From an uncultured Bacilli bacterium (GTDB taxonomy: Bacteria > Bacillota_I > Bacilli_A > RF39 > UBA660), in assembly GCA_934099115.1 (NCBI GenBank), contig CAKOPK010000001.1, positions 85,756-149,755 on the forward strand: a DNA stretch of 64,000 nt. The letters run 5' to 3'. The notes under the pieces are model-generated. The model had not been told where the DNA came from. It searched no databases and saw only the letters and a program-made list of their open reading frames with translations. A program made the translations under genes and the position numbers. Positions 54,422-63,900 of the stretch are shown here, in pieces; within the stretch, counting starts at the first letter, position 1; each line of letters begins with the position of its first letter.

Positions 54422-55231
54422 ATTAAGAATGATTTAATATTAAGAGAAGCATCTTATGTAATAGAAACTAAAAGTACTATTAGAGAGACAGCAAAATATT
54501 TTCATATTTCAAAATCGGTTTGTCATAAGCATTTAAGTATTGGTTTAAAGAAATTAGATTTTGAACTTTATTTAAAGGTTAAGAATGTTTTTTTGGAGCA
54601 TACTAAAGTTAGGCATATTCGAGGTGGGATTGCAACAAAGCTTAAATATGAAAAAGAAATGAGTGAGGCCATGATTATTTATTTTAGAGACAATACCTTT
54701 TATCTTGTTTATAAAGATAAGATTATTGAAAGCACTAGCAAAGATTGCGTTAAGAAAGGTTTTTTAATTAATAAAGATTTGTTTATAATAGAATTTACAC
54801 ATATGCTTAAAAAAGAAAGAATTAAAAGTAAACTATTTGGAAGTGATATAACTATCTTAAAGAATCCTTTTTATAGAGAGTCTGATTGTGCTTTTTTGGA
54901 AAATATTTTTATAGAGTTAGGGTTTAATAAGGTTTTATTTATGGATATGAAGGATGTTTTAATGGATGAGTCTGCAACATATATTGAGATTAATCAATCT
55001 TATTTTGTTGTGTATTTAGAAGATGCTTTATATTTTGATATCAAATATTTTAAAGATATTCCTAAAATACTAGAGTATTTAAAAGATAATTTTAAAGATT
55101 ATGTTATTCTTTTTGGATCATCTTCTCTAATACCTCATATAAAAGTGAATGGCGTTGTTATATACTATTTAGAAAATCCTGCTCTATCTGTTTTAAATGG
55201 TTTACTAAAAGTAAAAAAATGTGATGTTTAA
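54422..55231 (+). CDS. spoIIID: SpoIIID-like HTH regulator domain, continuous in frame with a ~190-aa C-terminal extension; no canonical start codon (ATT at 54422 after GGGTGGG)
   Basis: IKNDLILREASYVIETKSTIRETAKYFHISKSVCHKHL…RHIRGGIATKLKYEKE aligns with B. subtilis SpoIIID. No ATG/GTG/TTG in frame between the stop at 54386 and TTG 54593, and no stop before 55231. Confidence 0.5.
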   Translation: MKNDLILREASYVIETKSTIRETAKYFHISKSVCHKHLSIGLKKLDFELYLKVKNVFLEHTKVRHIRGGIATKLKYEKEMSEAMIIYFRDNTFYLVYKDKIIESTSKDCVKKGFLINKDLFIIEFTHMLKKERIKSKLFGSDITILKNPFYRESDCAFLENIFIELGFNKVLFMDMKDVLMDESATYIEINQSYFVVYLEDALYFDIKYFKDIPKILEYLKDNFKDYVILFGSSSLIPHIKVNGVVIYYLENPALSVLNGLLKVKKCDV

Positions 55232-55300
55232 CATCATATTTTTTTTGACAATAAGAGACAATTATACTATAATTACTTATAGTAACTGGTGTTGGAGTGA

Positions 55301-56005
55301 TTGGATTTGATAAAGTTTATTGTTATTGATGATAGTAAAGAAGAAATTGCACACATTAAAAGATTATTAGGCGAAGTTGTAGAAGAAAATATGGAGGTAT
55401 TAGGTTTTACGAAAATAACTTGCGCTCTTAAAGATGAAATTCAGAATACATCTGAGAGAAAAATATATATCTTAGACATTGACCTTGGAAATAGGGTTAG
55501 TGGTATTAGTGTTGCTAAAATGATTCGTGATATAGATTATGAGAGTGAGATTATTTTTATAACGAATCATGATAAGATGTTTGAAAGTGCTCATAGAGCA
55601 GTTTATGAAGTTTTTGATTTTATTGAGAAGTTTCATGAATTTGATCAAAGATTTAAAAAAGATATTCGGGAAATTTTGAAAAGAAACTTTGATAATAAAA
55701 TGTTTAAGTATAATGCTAATAATATTGATTTAAATATTTATTATAGATCAATTCTTTATATCTATAGAGAAACTGAGGAGAGAAAATTAGTTATTGTTAC
55801 ACTTACTAACACTTATAAAGTTGGTATCCCTATAAAAGAAATGCTTACTTATTTAGATTCTAGATTTGTTCAGTGTCATAGATCTTGTATTGTAAATAAA
55901 GATTATGTTACTGAAAAGAATTTTAAGGATGGTTATTTCGTCTTAACTAATGGTAAGAAAGTTTATATGTTAGTTAAGAAATATAGGGAGGCCTTTAATG
56001 ATTAA
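55301..56005 (+). CDS. agrA: AgrA-like response regulator (receiver + LytTR DNA-binding domain)
   Basis: LytTR C-terminal domain; a second TTG at 55307 has better SD spacing; stop overlaps the kinase start (ATGA). Confidence 0.8.
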   Translation: MDLIKFIVIDDSKEEIAHIKRLLGEVVEENMEVLGFTKITCALKDEIQNTSERKIYILDIDLGNRVSGISVAKMIRDIDYESEIIFITNHDKMFESAHRAVYEVFDFIEKFHEFDQRFKKDIREILKRNFDNKMFKYNANNIDLNIYYRSILYIYRETEERKLVIVTLTNTYKVGIPIKEMLTYLDSRFVQCHRSCIVNKDYVTEKNFKDGYFVLTNGKKVYMLVKKYREAFND

Positions 56006-57269
56006 AATAGTTGCTTTACTTATTGCTTGTTTATTTTCTACTTTTGGTGTTTCATTTGTTTATTATAATTTTTCTGATGCTAAGATACATTTTAAATGGC
56101 CAGTTTATTTACTTTATATTTTAGGCGTCCTCTTTTTAACTTTTGTTAAAATGTTTGATTTAAAGTATATTAGTCTTTTCTCATATTTTATTTTTTATCC
56201 AATATTATTTTGGAAGATAAAGCCATTACCTTTAAATAAATTTATATTTTATGTACTGTTTATTTGGCTATGTGGAACGTTCTTAGATTTATTTTCAATG
56301 CTTATTGTTTCTATGATATCCTTTTTATTTCATTATGATATATCATCTAATATGGATATTCTTACTATTGTAATGTCATTTTTCGTATTTGATATGTTAA
56401 TTATATTGGGCAAGAGCGTTACTGTTAAGAGACTTGTTAATAAGTTATGGAAATCTATTTCTAGTTTTAAATTTGCTGATTTGGCATTAATCTTGTTTTC
56501 AATTTTTACTTTTATAATTGGATATGCAATTTTTTCAAATTTGCGTAATTTAAAATCTGGAATGTTATTAAATATAATTTTGTTACTTGTTTTGTTAGTG
56601 TTTATAGTATTATTTAGATTTAAAGTTTATTCAGCCGAAGAAACTAAATTTTTGGAAACTTTAAAAGAGAATAATGAACTTTACATAAAAACAGAAGAAG
56701 AAAATAGTATTTTTAAACATAATTTAATGGCTAAACTTTTGAGTATTAAATCTGTTTCTAATAAGAAAGCTGCTGCTTTAGTTGATGACTTAATTTTGCA
56801 GTTTAGTAAAAGCATTCATTTTTCAGAAAAAATGAGAGTAGTTCCTTATGGTATTAATGGAATTATCTATCAAAAATTAAATCCCTATTTGGATGAGATA
56901 AATGTTAATATTTCAAATAATGTTCGTTATGATATTTTTACGGTTTTGAAGCCTAGACGTTATAATGTTTTTGTTGAGAAAATGGTTATTGCTTTAGATA
57001 ATGCAATAGAAGCTTGTTTAAATAGTACTAAAAAGATTTTAACAATCGATTTATATGATGAAGAAGATTTTATTGTTATTGAAATTAGAAATACTTTTTC
57101 TAATGAGATTGATATTAGTTTATTAGGTACGAAAAATTATTCTTCAAAAGGTAAAAAGAGAGGTTGGGGAATATTCTCGAGTTTTAGAAACAGTGAAGCT
57201 ATATTAAAGGTAAGTATTATTAATGATCAATTTGTTAGTAAGATTTCTGCTAAAAAGAAAATAACATAA
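55998..57269 (+). CDS. agrC: AgrC-like membrane histidine kinase (HPK10 family)
   Basis: Six predicted TM helices plus a C-terminal GHKL ATPase with N-box LDNAIEA; translationally coupled to the response regulator. Confidence 0.7.
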   Translation: MIKIVALLIACLFSTFGVSFVYYNFSDAKIHFKWPVYLLYILGVLFLTFVKMFDLKYISLFSYFIFYPILFWKIKPLPLNKFIFYVLFIWLCGTFLDLFSMLIVSMISFLFHYDISSNMDILTIVMSFFVFDMLIILGKSVTVKRLVNKLWKSISSFKFADLALILFSIFTFIIGYAIFSNLRNLKSGMLLNIILLLVLLVFIVLFRFKVYSAEETKFLETLKENNELYIKTEEENSIFKHNLMAKLLSIKSVSNKKAAALVDDLILQFSKSIHFSEKMRVVPYGINGIIYQKLNPYLDEINVNISNNVRYDIFTVLKPRRYNVFVEKMVIALDNAIEACLNSTKKILTIDLYDEEDFIVIEIRNTFSNEIDISLLGTKNYSSKGKKRGWGIFSSFRNSEAILKVSIINDQFVSKISAKKKIT

Positions 57270-57321
57270 AAAATAAAGGAACTCAGGAAAGAGTTCTTTT
57301 ATCTTTTATTCTGGGTTAAAA

Positions 57322-57432
57322 TTAGATTAAATCTTCTGGGCATTCAGGCTCATCAAAAATAAACCATAATGTGTAAGGTGCTGCAGTAGCTTTTTCAGCT
57401 GCACCACTTATTAAGTTTGCTAAAAATTCCAT
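57322..57432 (-). CDS. agrD: AgrD-like autoinducing-peptide precursor (36 aa, MEFLANLISGAAEKATAAPYTLWFIFDEPECPEDLI)
   Basis: GGAGGT 6 nt upstream; amphipathic leader; LWF core and acidic tail DEPE.PEDL like clostridial AgrD (C. perfringens …CLWFT HQPEEPKSL). Absent from the ORF track because it is short. Confidence 0.55.
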   Translation of the reverse strand: MEFLANLISGAAEKATAAPYTLWFIFDEPECPEDLI

Positions 57433-57493
57433 TCTTTTACCTCCTTTTTTTCTTCCTTTTGTTTAAATCTATATCAAATAATTTAAACCATGT

Positions 57494-58156
57494 TTATTTT
57501 TTATAATATTTATAATTATTAAATCTGGTATTTGTGATTTTATAAGTTATTGGATTTATCAATATACTTTGTACTATTAGTGAATATACTAATGGGTTTG
57601 TTATTAAATTACTTTTACTAATATAGAAAATAATTGCATATATTAGGACTACTGTAATAGAAAATATTTTACACTTTGTTCTTTGTTTTTTTCTAATAAG
57701 TGGTCTTTTTGGAGTATCTGCTGGAGCCCATAGCATCATTCCAATTAATGAGGCACCAATTATGATATATCCTACTATATCTGAAAAGTTGTAGTTTTTT
57801 ATCAATAATGGTATTACATTATAAATGGCTATTGTGGAAATCCAACACGCTATGTTGCTTTTTGCATGTAATCCAAAGCTAAAAGTACGTATACCAGCAT
57901 AGAACAGTAAAAATAATAAAGTTTGAATAAGAGTATTTGATAAGAGTGCTATTATAAATACCACTGTTAATTTAACAAACAAACTGTAAATTCCTTCTAA
58001 TCCATACCGTAGTTTTTTGATTTTTAAGTCATCACATTCTTGATATTTTTTTATAAAATTGATCGAAGAATTTACAAACTGCTCTTTCATCTTTTTCTCC
58101 TTACTGTAGCTAAAGTATAACGCATCAAATTTAATTAATAAAGCGAATTGCTCCAA
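57494..58156 (-). CDS. agrB: AgrB-like AIP-processing membrane endopeptidase
   Basis: Catalytic His…Cys pair in GLHAKSNIACW (compare HGAHAPSSFWC) and APADTPKRPLIRKKQRTK (compare APAATKKKPIPVRLIKRKK). Confidence 0.75.
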   Translation of the reverse strand: MEQFALLIKFDALYFSYSKEKKMKEQFVNSSINFIKKYQECDDLKIKKLRYGLEGIYSLFVKLTVVFIIALLSNTLIQTLLFLLFYAGIRTFSFGLHAKSNIACWISTIAIYNVIPLLIKNYNFSDIVGYIIIGASLIGMMLWAPADTPKRPLIRKKQRTKCKIFSITVVLIYAIIFYISKSNLITNPLVYSLIVQSILINPITYKITNTRFNNYKYYKK

Positions 58157-58384
58157 GAGATTAATTTTACGTTTAAATGATTTATAATATGGCTTAAGAG
58201 ATACTAAAAGTTATTTTTAAACCAAAAATTAGGGTTTTTAGTTTTTACCACTTTTATTTTGAAAAATATTATGGTATCTTTAGGTTGTCCTAGTAATAAG
58301 AGAATAAAAAATTATTCTTTATATTATGGGTCAGGGGAAGCTTATATGTTATAAGAATTACGAAGTAGAAAGGCGAGGTGTGAT

Positions 58385-58597
58385 ATGCTAGGTAAAGTTA
58401 AATGGTTTAATAATGAAAAAGGCTATGGTTTTATTGAATATGAAGAACTTGAAGATATCTTTGTTCATTATTCTGCTATTGTTAAAGATGGTTATAAGAC
58501 TTTAAAAGAAGGCTCTCTTGTAAACTTTAAGTTAATTGAAACTTCTAAAGGATTACAAGCTGTAGACGTTTGCGAAAAAGAATTAACTACTATTTAA
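58385..58597 (+). CDS. csp: Cold-shock protein (CspA family)
   Basis: MLGKVKWFNNEKGYGFI RNP1 motif. Confidence 0.9.
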   Translation: MLGKVKWFNNEKGYGFIEYEELEDIFVHYSAIVKDGYKTLKEGSLVNFKLIETSKGLQAVDVCEKELTTI

Positions 58598-58654
58598 TTT
58601 AGTAGTTTTTTTTAACAATTCGTGATATAATAAACTTGAAGGTAAGGTGATTAT

Positions 58655-59188
58655 ATGGAACTCTATATTAGAGGAGACAAATTAACAGTTACAAAAGCAA
58701 TAAAGGATTATGTCACAGAGAAAATTGGTAGACTTGATAAATACTTTGATAGTGATAAAAATATAAAAGCTACTGTAATAATTCGTGTTAAGAATGGTGA
58801 ACAAATTATTGAAGTAACTGTTCCAACTAATAAGTTTACTTTAAGAGCAGAAGAAGCTCATGATGATTTATATTCTGCTATTGATTTAGTGGTAGATAAG
58901 TTAGAAAGACAAATTAGAAAAAATAAAACAAAATTAAATCATAAATATAAAAATATTATAGAACTTGATATTAATACAGATTTTGATGTTGATAAAGATG
59001 AAGAGGAAGATTTAAAAGTAGTTAAAAGAAAAAATATAGATAGTAAACCTATGGATGAAGAGGAAGCTATTTTACAAATGGAACTTTTAAATCATGATTT
59101 CTTCGTATTTAAGAATGTTGATGAAGAATGTGTTTCTGTTATGTATAGAAGAAAAGATGGAAATTATGGTATCATTAATGTTAAATAA
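58655..59188 (+). CDS. hpf: Ribosome hibernation promoting factor (long HPF/YvyD)
   Basis: S30AE N-domain plus C-terminal dimerisation domain; directly upstream of secA as in Bacillus. Confidence 0.85.
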   Translation: MELYIRGDKLTVTKAIKDYVTEKIGRLDKYFDSDKNIKATVIIRVKNGEQIIEVTVPTNKFTLRAEEAHDDLYSAIDLVVDKLERQIRKNKTKLNHKYKNIIELDINTDFDVDKDEEEDLKVVKRKNIDSKPMDEEEAILQMELLNHDFFVFKNVDEECVSVMYRRKDGNYGIINVK

Positions 59189-59307
59189 GTGGTTTTAAGC
59201 CACTTTTTTAGTGTAGAAATAAAAAATATTAGAGTAAAAACATACTCTTTTCTTTTAAACTATGTAAATTGTTTGTGCTGAGGCTTTAAATATGATATAA
59301 TTTTGAA

Positions 59308-61809
59308 ATGGAAGGTGAAATACAGATGGGATTTTTACGTAAATTATTAGATACTGAATATAAAGAATTAAAAAGATTTGAAAAATATGCTGATGCAATA
59401 GTTGCTAAAGATGAAGAAATGAGTAAATTATCTGATGAAGAATTAAAAGCAAAAACAGAAGAATTTAAAAAAGAATTAGAGAATGGAAAAACATTAGATG
59501 ATTTAATAGTTCCTGCTTTTGCTGTAGCTAGAGAAGCTGCTTATAGAGTAATTGGAGAGAAACCATATTATGTTCAAATATTAGGTGGTTTAGCACTTCA
59601 TTTTGGTAATATTGCGGAAATGAAAACTGGTGAAGGTAAAACTTTAACAGAGACTATGCCTACATATTTAAATGCTTTAACTGGTAAAGGGGTTCATATT
59701 GTTACTGTTAATGAATTCCTTGCTAAACGTGACTCAGAGTGGATGGGAAATATTTATCGTTTTTTAGGACTTAGCGTTGGATTAAATATGAGAGAATTAT
59801 CTCCAAAAGAGAAGAAAGAGGCTTATGATGCTGATATTTTATATTCTACTAACAATGAGATTGGTTTTGATTATTTAAGAGATAATATGGTAGCTCGTCG
59901 TGAAGATAGAGTGCAAAGACCTCTTAATTATTGTATTGTTGATGAGGTAGATTCTATTTTAATAGATGAAGCTAGAACACCACTTATTATTTCTGGAGGA
60001 AGATTTAATTCTAAAAATTTATATGTAGATGCAGATAAAGCTGTTAAAAAATTAAGTGAAAATGCTGATTATGTTGTAGATGCTAAGACTAAAAGTGTTT
60101 CTTTAACCGAAGAAGGTAGTAAAAAGATTGAAAATATTTTTCATTTAAAGAATTTATATGATTTAGACAATACCGCTTTAGTACATCATTTAAATCAGGC
60201 TTTAAAAGCTAATTATGGGTTTAAAAAAGATGTTGATTATGTAGTTAATAATGATGAAGTTATTATAGTTGACCAGTTTACTGGTAGATTAATGCAAGGA
60301 CGTCAATTTAGTGATGGATTACATCAAGCAATAGAAGCTAAAGAGGGAGTTACTATTAATACTGAAACAAAAACTATGGCTACTATTACATTTCAAAATT
60401 TATTTAGAATGTATAATAAATTATCCGGTATGACAGGTACTGCTAAGACAGAAGAAGAAGAATTTAGAAATATTTATAATATGTATGTTATTCAAATACC
60501 TACTAATAAGCCTGTTATTCGTGAAGATTTAGCAGATTTAGTATATGCTACAAGTGATGCTAAATATAAAGCAATTATTGCTACTGTTAAGGAAATTCAT
60601 GAAACTGGTAGACCTATCTTAATTGGTACTATTAGTGTAGAAGCAAATGAATATTTAAGTAAATTATTAGATAAAGCTGGTCTTAAACATGAAACTTTAA
60701 ATGCTAAAAATCATGAGAGAGAAGCTGAAATAATTGCTCATGCTGGTGAAAAAAATGCTATTACTTTAGCAACTAATATGGCCGGTCGTGGTACAGATAT
60801 TAAGCTTGGTGAAGGTGTTTTAGAGCTAGGTGGTTTATGTGTAATTGGTACAGAAAGACATGAGTCTCGTCGTATTGATAATCAGTTACGTGGTCGTGCT
60901 GGACGTCAAGGGGATCCTGGTATGAGTCAATTCTTTGTTTCGTTTGATGATGACTTAATGAGGAGATTTGGTACTGACCGAATTAAATCTATGCTACAAA
61001 ATTTAGGTGTTGATGACCAAGCAATACGTAGTAAAACTTTAACGCGTTCTATTGAGTCTGCTCAAAAGAAAGTAGAAGGCAATAACTATGATATTCGTAA
61101 GAGTTTATTAGATTATGATAATGTTTTAAATGAACAAAGAGAGATTATTTATGCAAGACGTAATGAAGTATTAGATATGGATTCTATTCATGATAGAGTT
61201 ATTACTACATTTAGAAATGTTATTGCAGATTTATGTGAATCTCATATTGAACCAGAGGGTTATTTGACTGAAGGGGATAAAGATGAGATTGTAGAATATG
61301 TTAATAATAATTATTTAAAAAAGAATAATTTGAAATTTGTTGATATTAAAGATTTAAATGATGAAGAAACTGTGTCTTATATTACAGATTTAGTTATAGA
61401 TGATTATGAAAAGAAGATTAAAGATGTTCCTGTTAGCGATGATTTTGAGAAAGCAATTACTTTAAGAGTTATAGATTCTAATTGGGTTGATCATATGAGT
61501 GCTATGGAACATTTAAAAGAAGGCATTGGTCTTCGTGGTTATGGACAGGTAAATCCTATTCAGGCTTATACAATGGAAGGTTTTGAATTATTTGAAAGCT
61601 TTTTAACTAGAATTGATAATCAAATTGCTACATTCTTATTAAACGCTGAAATAAGACAAAATATTGAGAGAAAGCAAACTTTAGAGGGGAAAGCTAATGA
61701 TGGTAAAGAGAAAGAGAAAGCTGCACCTAAAAAAGTGAATAAAGTGGGAAGAAATGATTTATGTCCTTGTGGCAGTGGACGCAAGTATAAACAGTGTTGC
61801 GGAAAATAA
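59308..61809 (+). CDS. secA: Preprotein translocase ATPase SecA
   Basis: DEAD motor, PPXD, HSD/HWD and C-terminal SEC-C zinc motif CPCGSGRKYKQCCG. Confidence 0.97.
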   Translation: MEGEIQMGFLRKLLDTEYKELKRFEKYADAIVAKDEEMSKLSDEELKAKTEEFKKELENGKTLDDLIVPAFAVAREAAYRVIGEKPYYVQILGGLALHFGNIAEMKTGEGKTLTETMPTYLNALTGKGVHIVTVNEFLAKRDSEWMGNIYRFLGLSVGLNMRELSPKEKKEAYDADILYSTNNEIGFDYLRDNMVARREDRVQRPLNYCIVDEVDSILIDEARTPLIISGGRFNSKNLYVDADKAVKKLSENADYVVDAKTKSVSLTEEGSKKIENIFHLKNLYDLDNTALVHHLNQALKANYGFKKDVDYVVNNDEVIIVDQFTGRLMQGRQFSDGLHQAIEAKEGVTINTETKTMATITFQNLFRMYNKLSGMTGTAKTEEEEFRNIYNMYVIQIPTNKPVIREDLADLVYATSDAKYKAIIATVKEIHETGRPILIGTISVEANEYLSKLLDKAGLKHETLNAKNHEREAEIIAHAGEKNAITLATNMAGRGTDIKLGEGVLELGGLCVIGTERHESRRIDNQLRGRAGRQGDPGMSQFFVSFDDDLMRRFGTDRIKSMLQNLGVDDQAIRSKTLTRSIESAQKKVEGNNYDIRKSLLDYDNVLNEQREIIYARRNEVLDMDSIHDRVITTFRNVIADLCESHIEPEGYLTEGDKDEIVEYVNNNYLKKNNLKFVDIKDLNDEETVSYITDLVIDDYEKKIKDVPVSDDFEKAITLRVIDSNWVDHMSAMEHLKEGIGLRGYGQVNPIQAYTMEGFELFESFLTRIDNQIATFLLNAEIRQNIERKQTLEGKANDGKEKEKAAPKKVNKVGRNDLCPCGSGRKYKQCCGK

Positions 61810-61986
61810 GCTCGTAAAGCCTTATAAATAAAGGACTTGCGAGCTTTTTACTACTTACAATTTTTAGGTAATTTTACCTCGAAAAAGTGTTTTAGATAAG
61901 TTTTAGATAAGTTTTTTAAACAGTTTTAAACCTTTTAAGATTATAAATGAACATAGAAAAATATGATATAATTGATATGGTAGGTA

Positions 61987-62727
61987 GTGAAATTTATGGG
62001 ATTATTTAGTAAGCTTTTTAATAAAAATAATAAAGAAATAAGTTTTAGTATAAATCTAAATATTAATGATAATTTTGATCCTGAAGAGTATTCAAGATAT
62101 AATGAAGAAAGAAAAAAAGAATTTATGGATAAATATGATTTAACTACAATTGAAGGAATTAAATCTATTCCAATATCTGAAGCAAAGAAATATCCGGATG
62201 GTGGTAAAAGTGTAGTTTATATGCCAGAGCAAATTTTGAATAGACAAGCTACGGAATACAAAAAAGAAAATAAATATGATTTGGCGATTGAATGTTTAAA
62301 GAAAGCAAATGAATTATACCCATATTCTTTTTATGCATATCAAAGAAATAATTATGAAAGATTAGTTGATTTTATGATATTAGCAAAAAGATTTGAAGCA
62401 GCTAAGGAAACACATCATCAATTAGATATTACTATTGGTAGTAGACTTGATGAATTAAAAAAACTACAATTATATGCTGAAGAATCTGGAACTGAATCTA
62501 AAGAAGATTATTACAACAGAGTTATCAAACCAAGTATAGATGAAGAAAAAGATAAAGAAGAATATTATTGGTTATTAGAAAATCTTCCTTCAATTGCTCC
62601 CAAGTCTTTTGGCGGATATAGAAAAATGAAAAATACTCAATCAGATAATTATAAGAAAATAATTAATGAGGTTAATAATAAAGGTTATGATTTAAACACA
62701 GTAACTTTTTGGAAATTAAATAATTAA
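61987..62727 (+). CDS. Hypothetical protein (246 aa); shares the N-terminal MGLFSK motif with the next ORF
   Basis: Probable start at the second ATG (MGLFSKLF); tandem TTAGATAAGTT repeats upstream. Confidence 0.45.
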   Translation: MKFMGLFSKLFNKNNKEISFSINLNINDNFDPEEYSRYNEERKKEFMDKYDLTTIEGIKSIPISEAKKYPDGGKSVVYMPEQILNRQATEYKKENKYDLAIECLKKANELYPYSFYAYQRNNYERLVDFMILAKRFEAAKETHHQLDITIGSRLDELKKLQLYAEESGTESKEDYYNRVIKPSIDEEKDKEEYYWLLENLPSIAPKSFGGYRKMKNTQSDNYKKIINEVNNKGYDLNTVTFWKLNN

Positions 62728-62764
62728 AATTATGATATAATATTATTATATATGAGGTGATATT

Positions 62765-63663
62765 GTGGGATTGTTTAGTAAAAAATGTGATATATGTTTT
62801 AAAATGAAATCAGGAGTTAAGAAAAATAGAAAAGGTTGGAATGTTTGTAATGATTGCAGAAATCTAGCGCTTAACAGAATGACAAATGACGAGTTACAAG
62901 ACGCAAATATTCAAGAAATAAGTTATGCATCAAGAAATGGTAGTTTATCTAAAACTATAGAATTAATTGAAGCAGAACATTATTCTATAATAGAAGCTTT
63001 AGATGAGTTAAAACCAGATGCAGAAGATGTTAATCTAATGTTAAAAAATGATGAAGTTTGTTACTACTATGGTGGTGCAAGATCTTATCATGAAAAAAAC
63101 ATTATTACAGCATATAAAAGTTCAAGTTCAGGTGTAAGTGTAAGAGTTGTAAGAGGATTTTCAATTAGAAGCGGTAGCTCAATTACTATTCCAATTAGAA
63201 GTAATGTATCTGAAACTTACGAAGGTGACTTATATATTACAAATAAAAGAATTATACTATTAACAAAAAAAATGGATTCGATTTAGGTATAGATACAATT
63301 AATGCAATTGAACCTTTTAAAAATGGATTTAGAGTTTTTTATAAAGATAAATGTTATACAGTCATAACTTATGATAATCCTGCTATATTTTATGTTTTAG
63401 AATTAATTAACAGATTATTAGCTGGTGAGGGTGATAAAAGAATTACAAGTAAGGAATCATTAGATACAAATAATGATGAATTATATGAAAAAGCAAAAGA
63501 CTTAGTAATAGATTTACAAAAAGCTAGTGCATCTTTAATTCAATTAAAATTAAAAATAGACTATGATACTGCTTTAGAAATTATAAATAGACTAGAAAAA
63601 GAAGGCATTGTAGGTCCTGCAAATGGAAGCAATCCTCGTGAGGTATATGTTAAAAATAATTGA
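62765..63663 (+). CDS. Zinc-ribbon + bacterial PH-like + FtsK-gamma winged-helix protein, split by a frameshift at an A8 tract (63265-63272)
   Basis: Frame 1 (62765-63286) carries CDIC…CNDC and a PH-like motif (GDLYITNKRIILL). The +1 frame 63271-63663 has no start codon and ends with …LYEKAKDLVIDLQKASASLIQLKLKIDYDTALEIINRLEKEGIVGPANGSNPREV. Confidence 0.5.
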
Positions 63664-63811
63664 TTAGAATAATAAGATATAATTGAAATTTAATATTTTT
63701 TAGATAAGTTATTAGATAAGTTGTGAGAAAAAAACTTACAATTATTGAGTAAAAAATTATTAGTTTAAAATAAAAAATACCAATTTAAAAGGAAAAAATT
63801 ACTTAGTTGTT

Positions 63812-63900
63812 TTAATATCTTACCTTGTGGCAGTGGCAAGAAATATAAACAATGTTGTGGTAAATAAGCCCGCGAACCTGCATAAATAAGGGAATGCGAG
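63812..63900 (+). pseudogene. Duplicated remnant of the secA 3' end (SEC-C motif …LPCGSGKKYKQCCGK* plus a degraded terminator)
   Basis: ~75-80% nucleotide identity to 61764-61850 through the stop codon into the terminator; no upstream start codon in frame. Confidence 0.5.
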
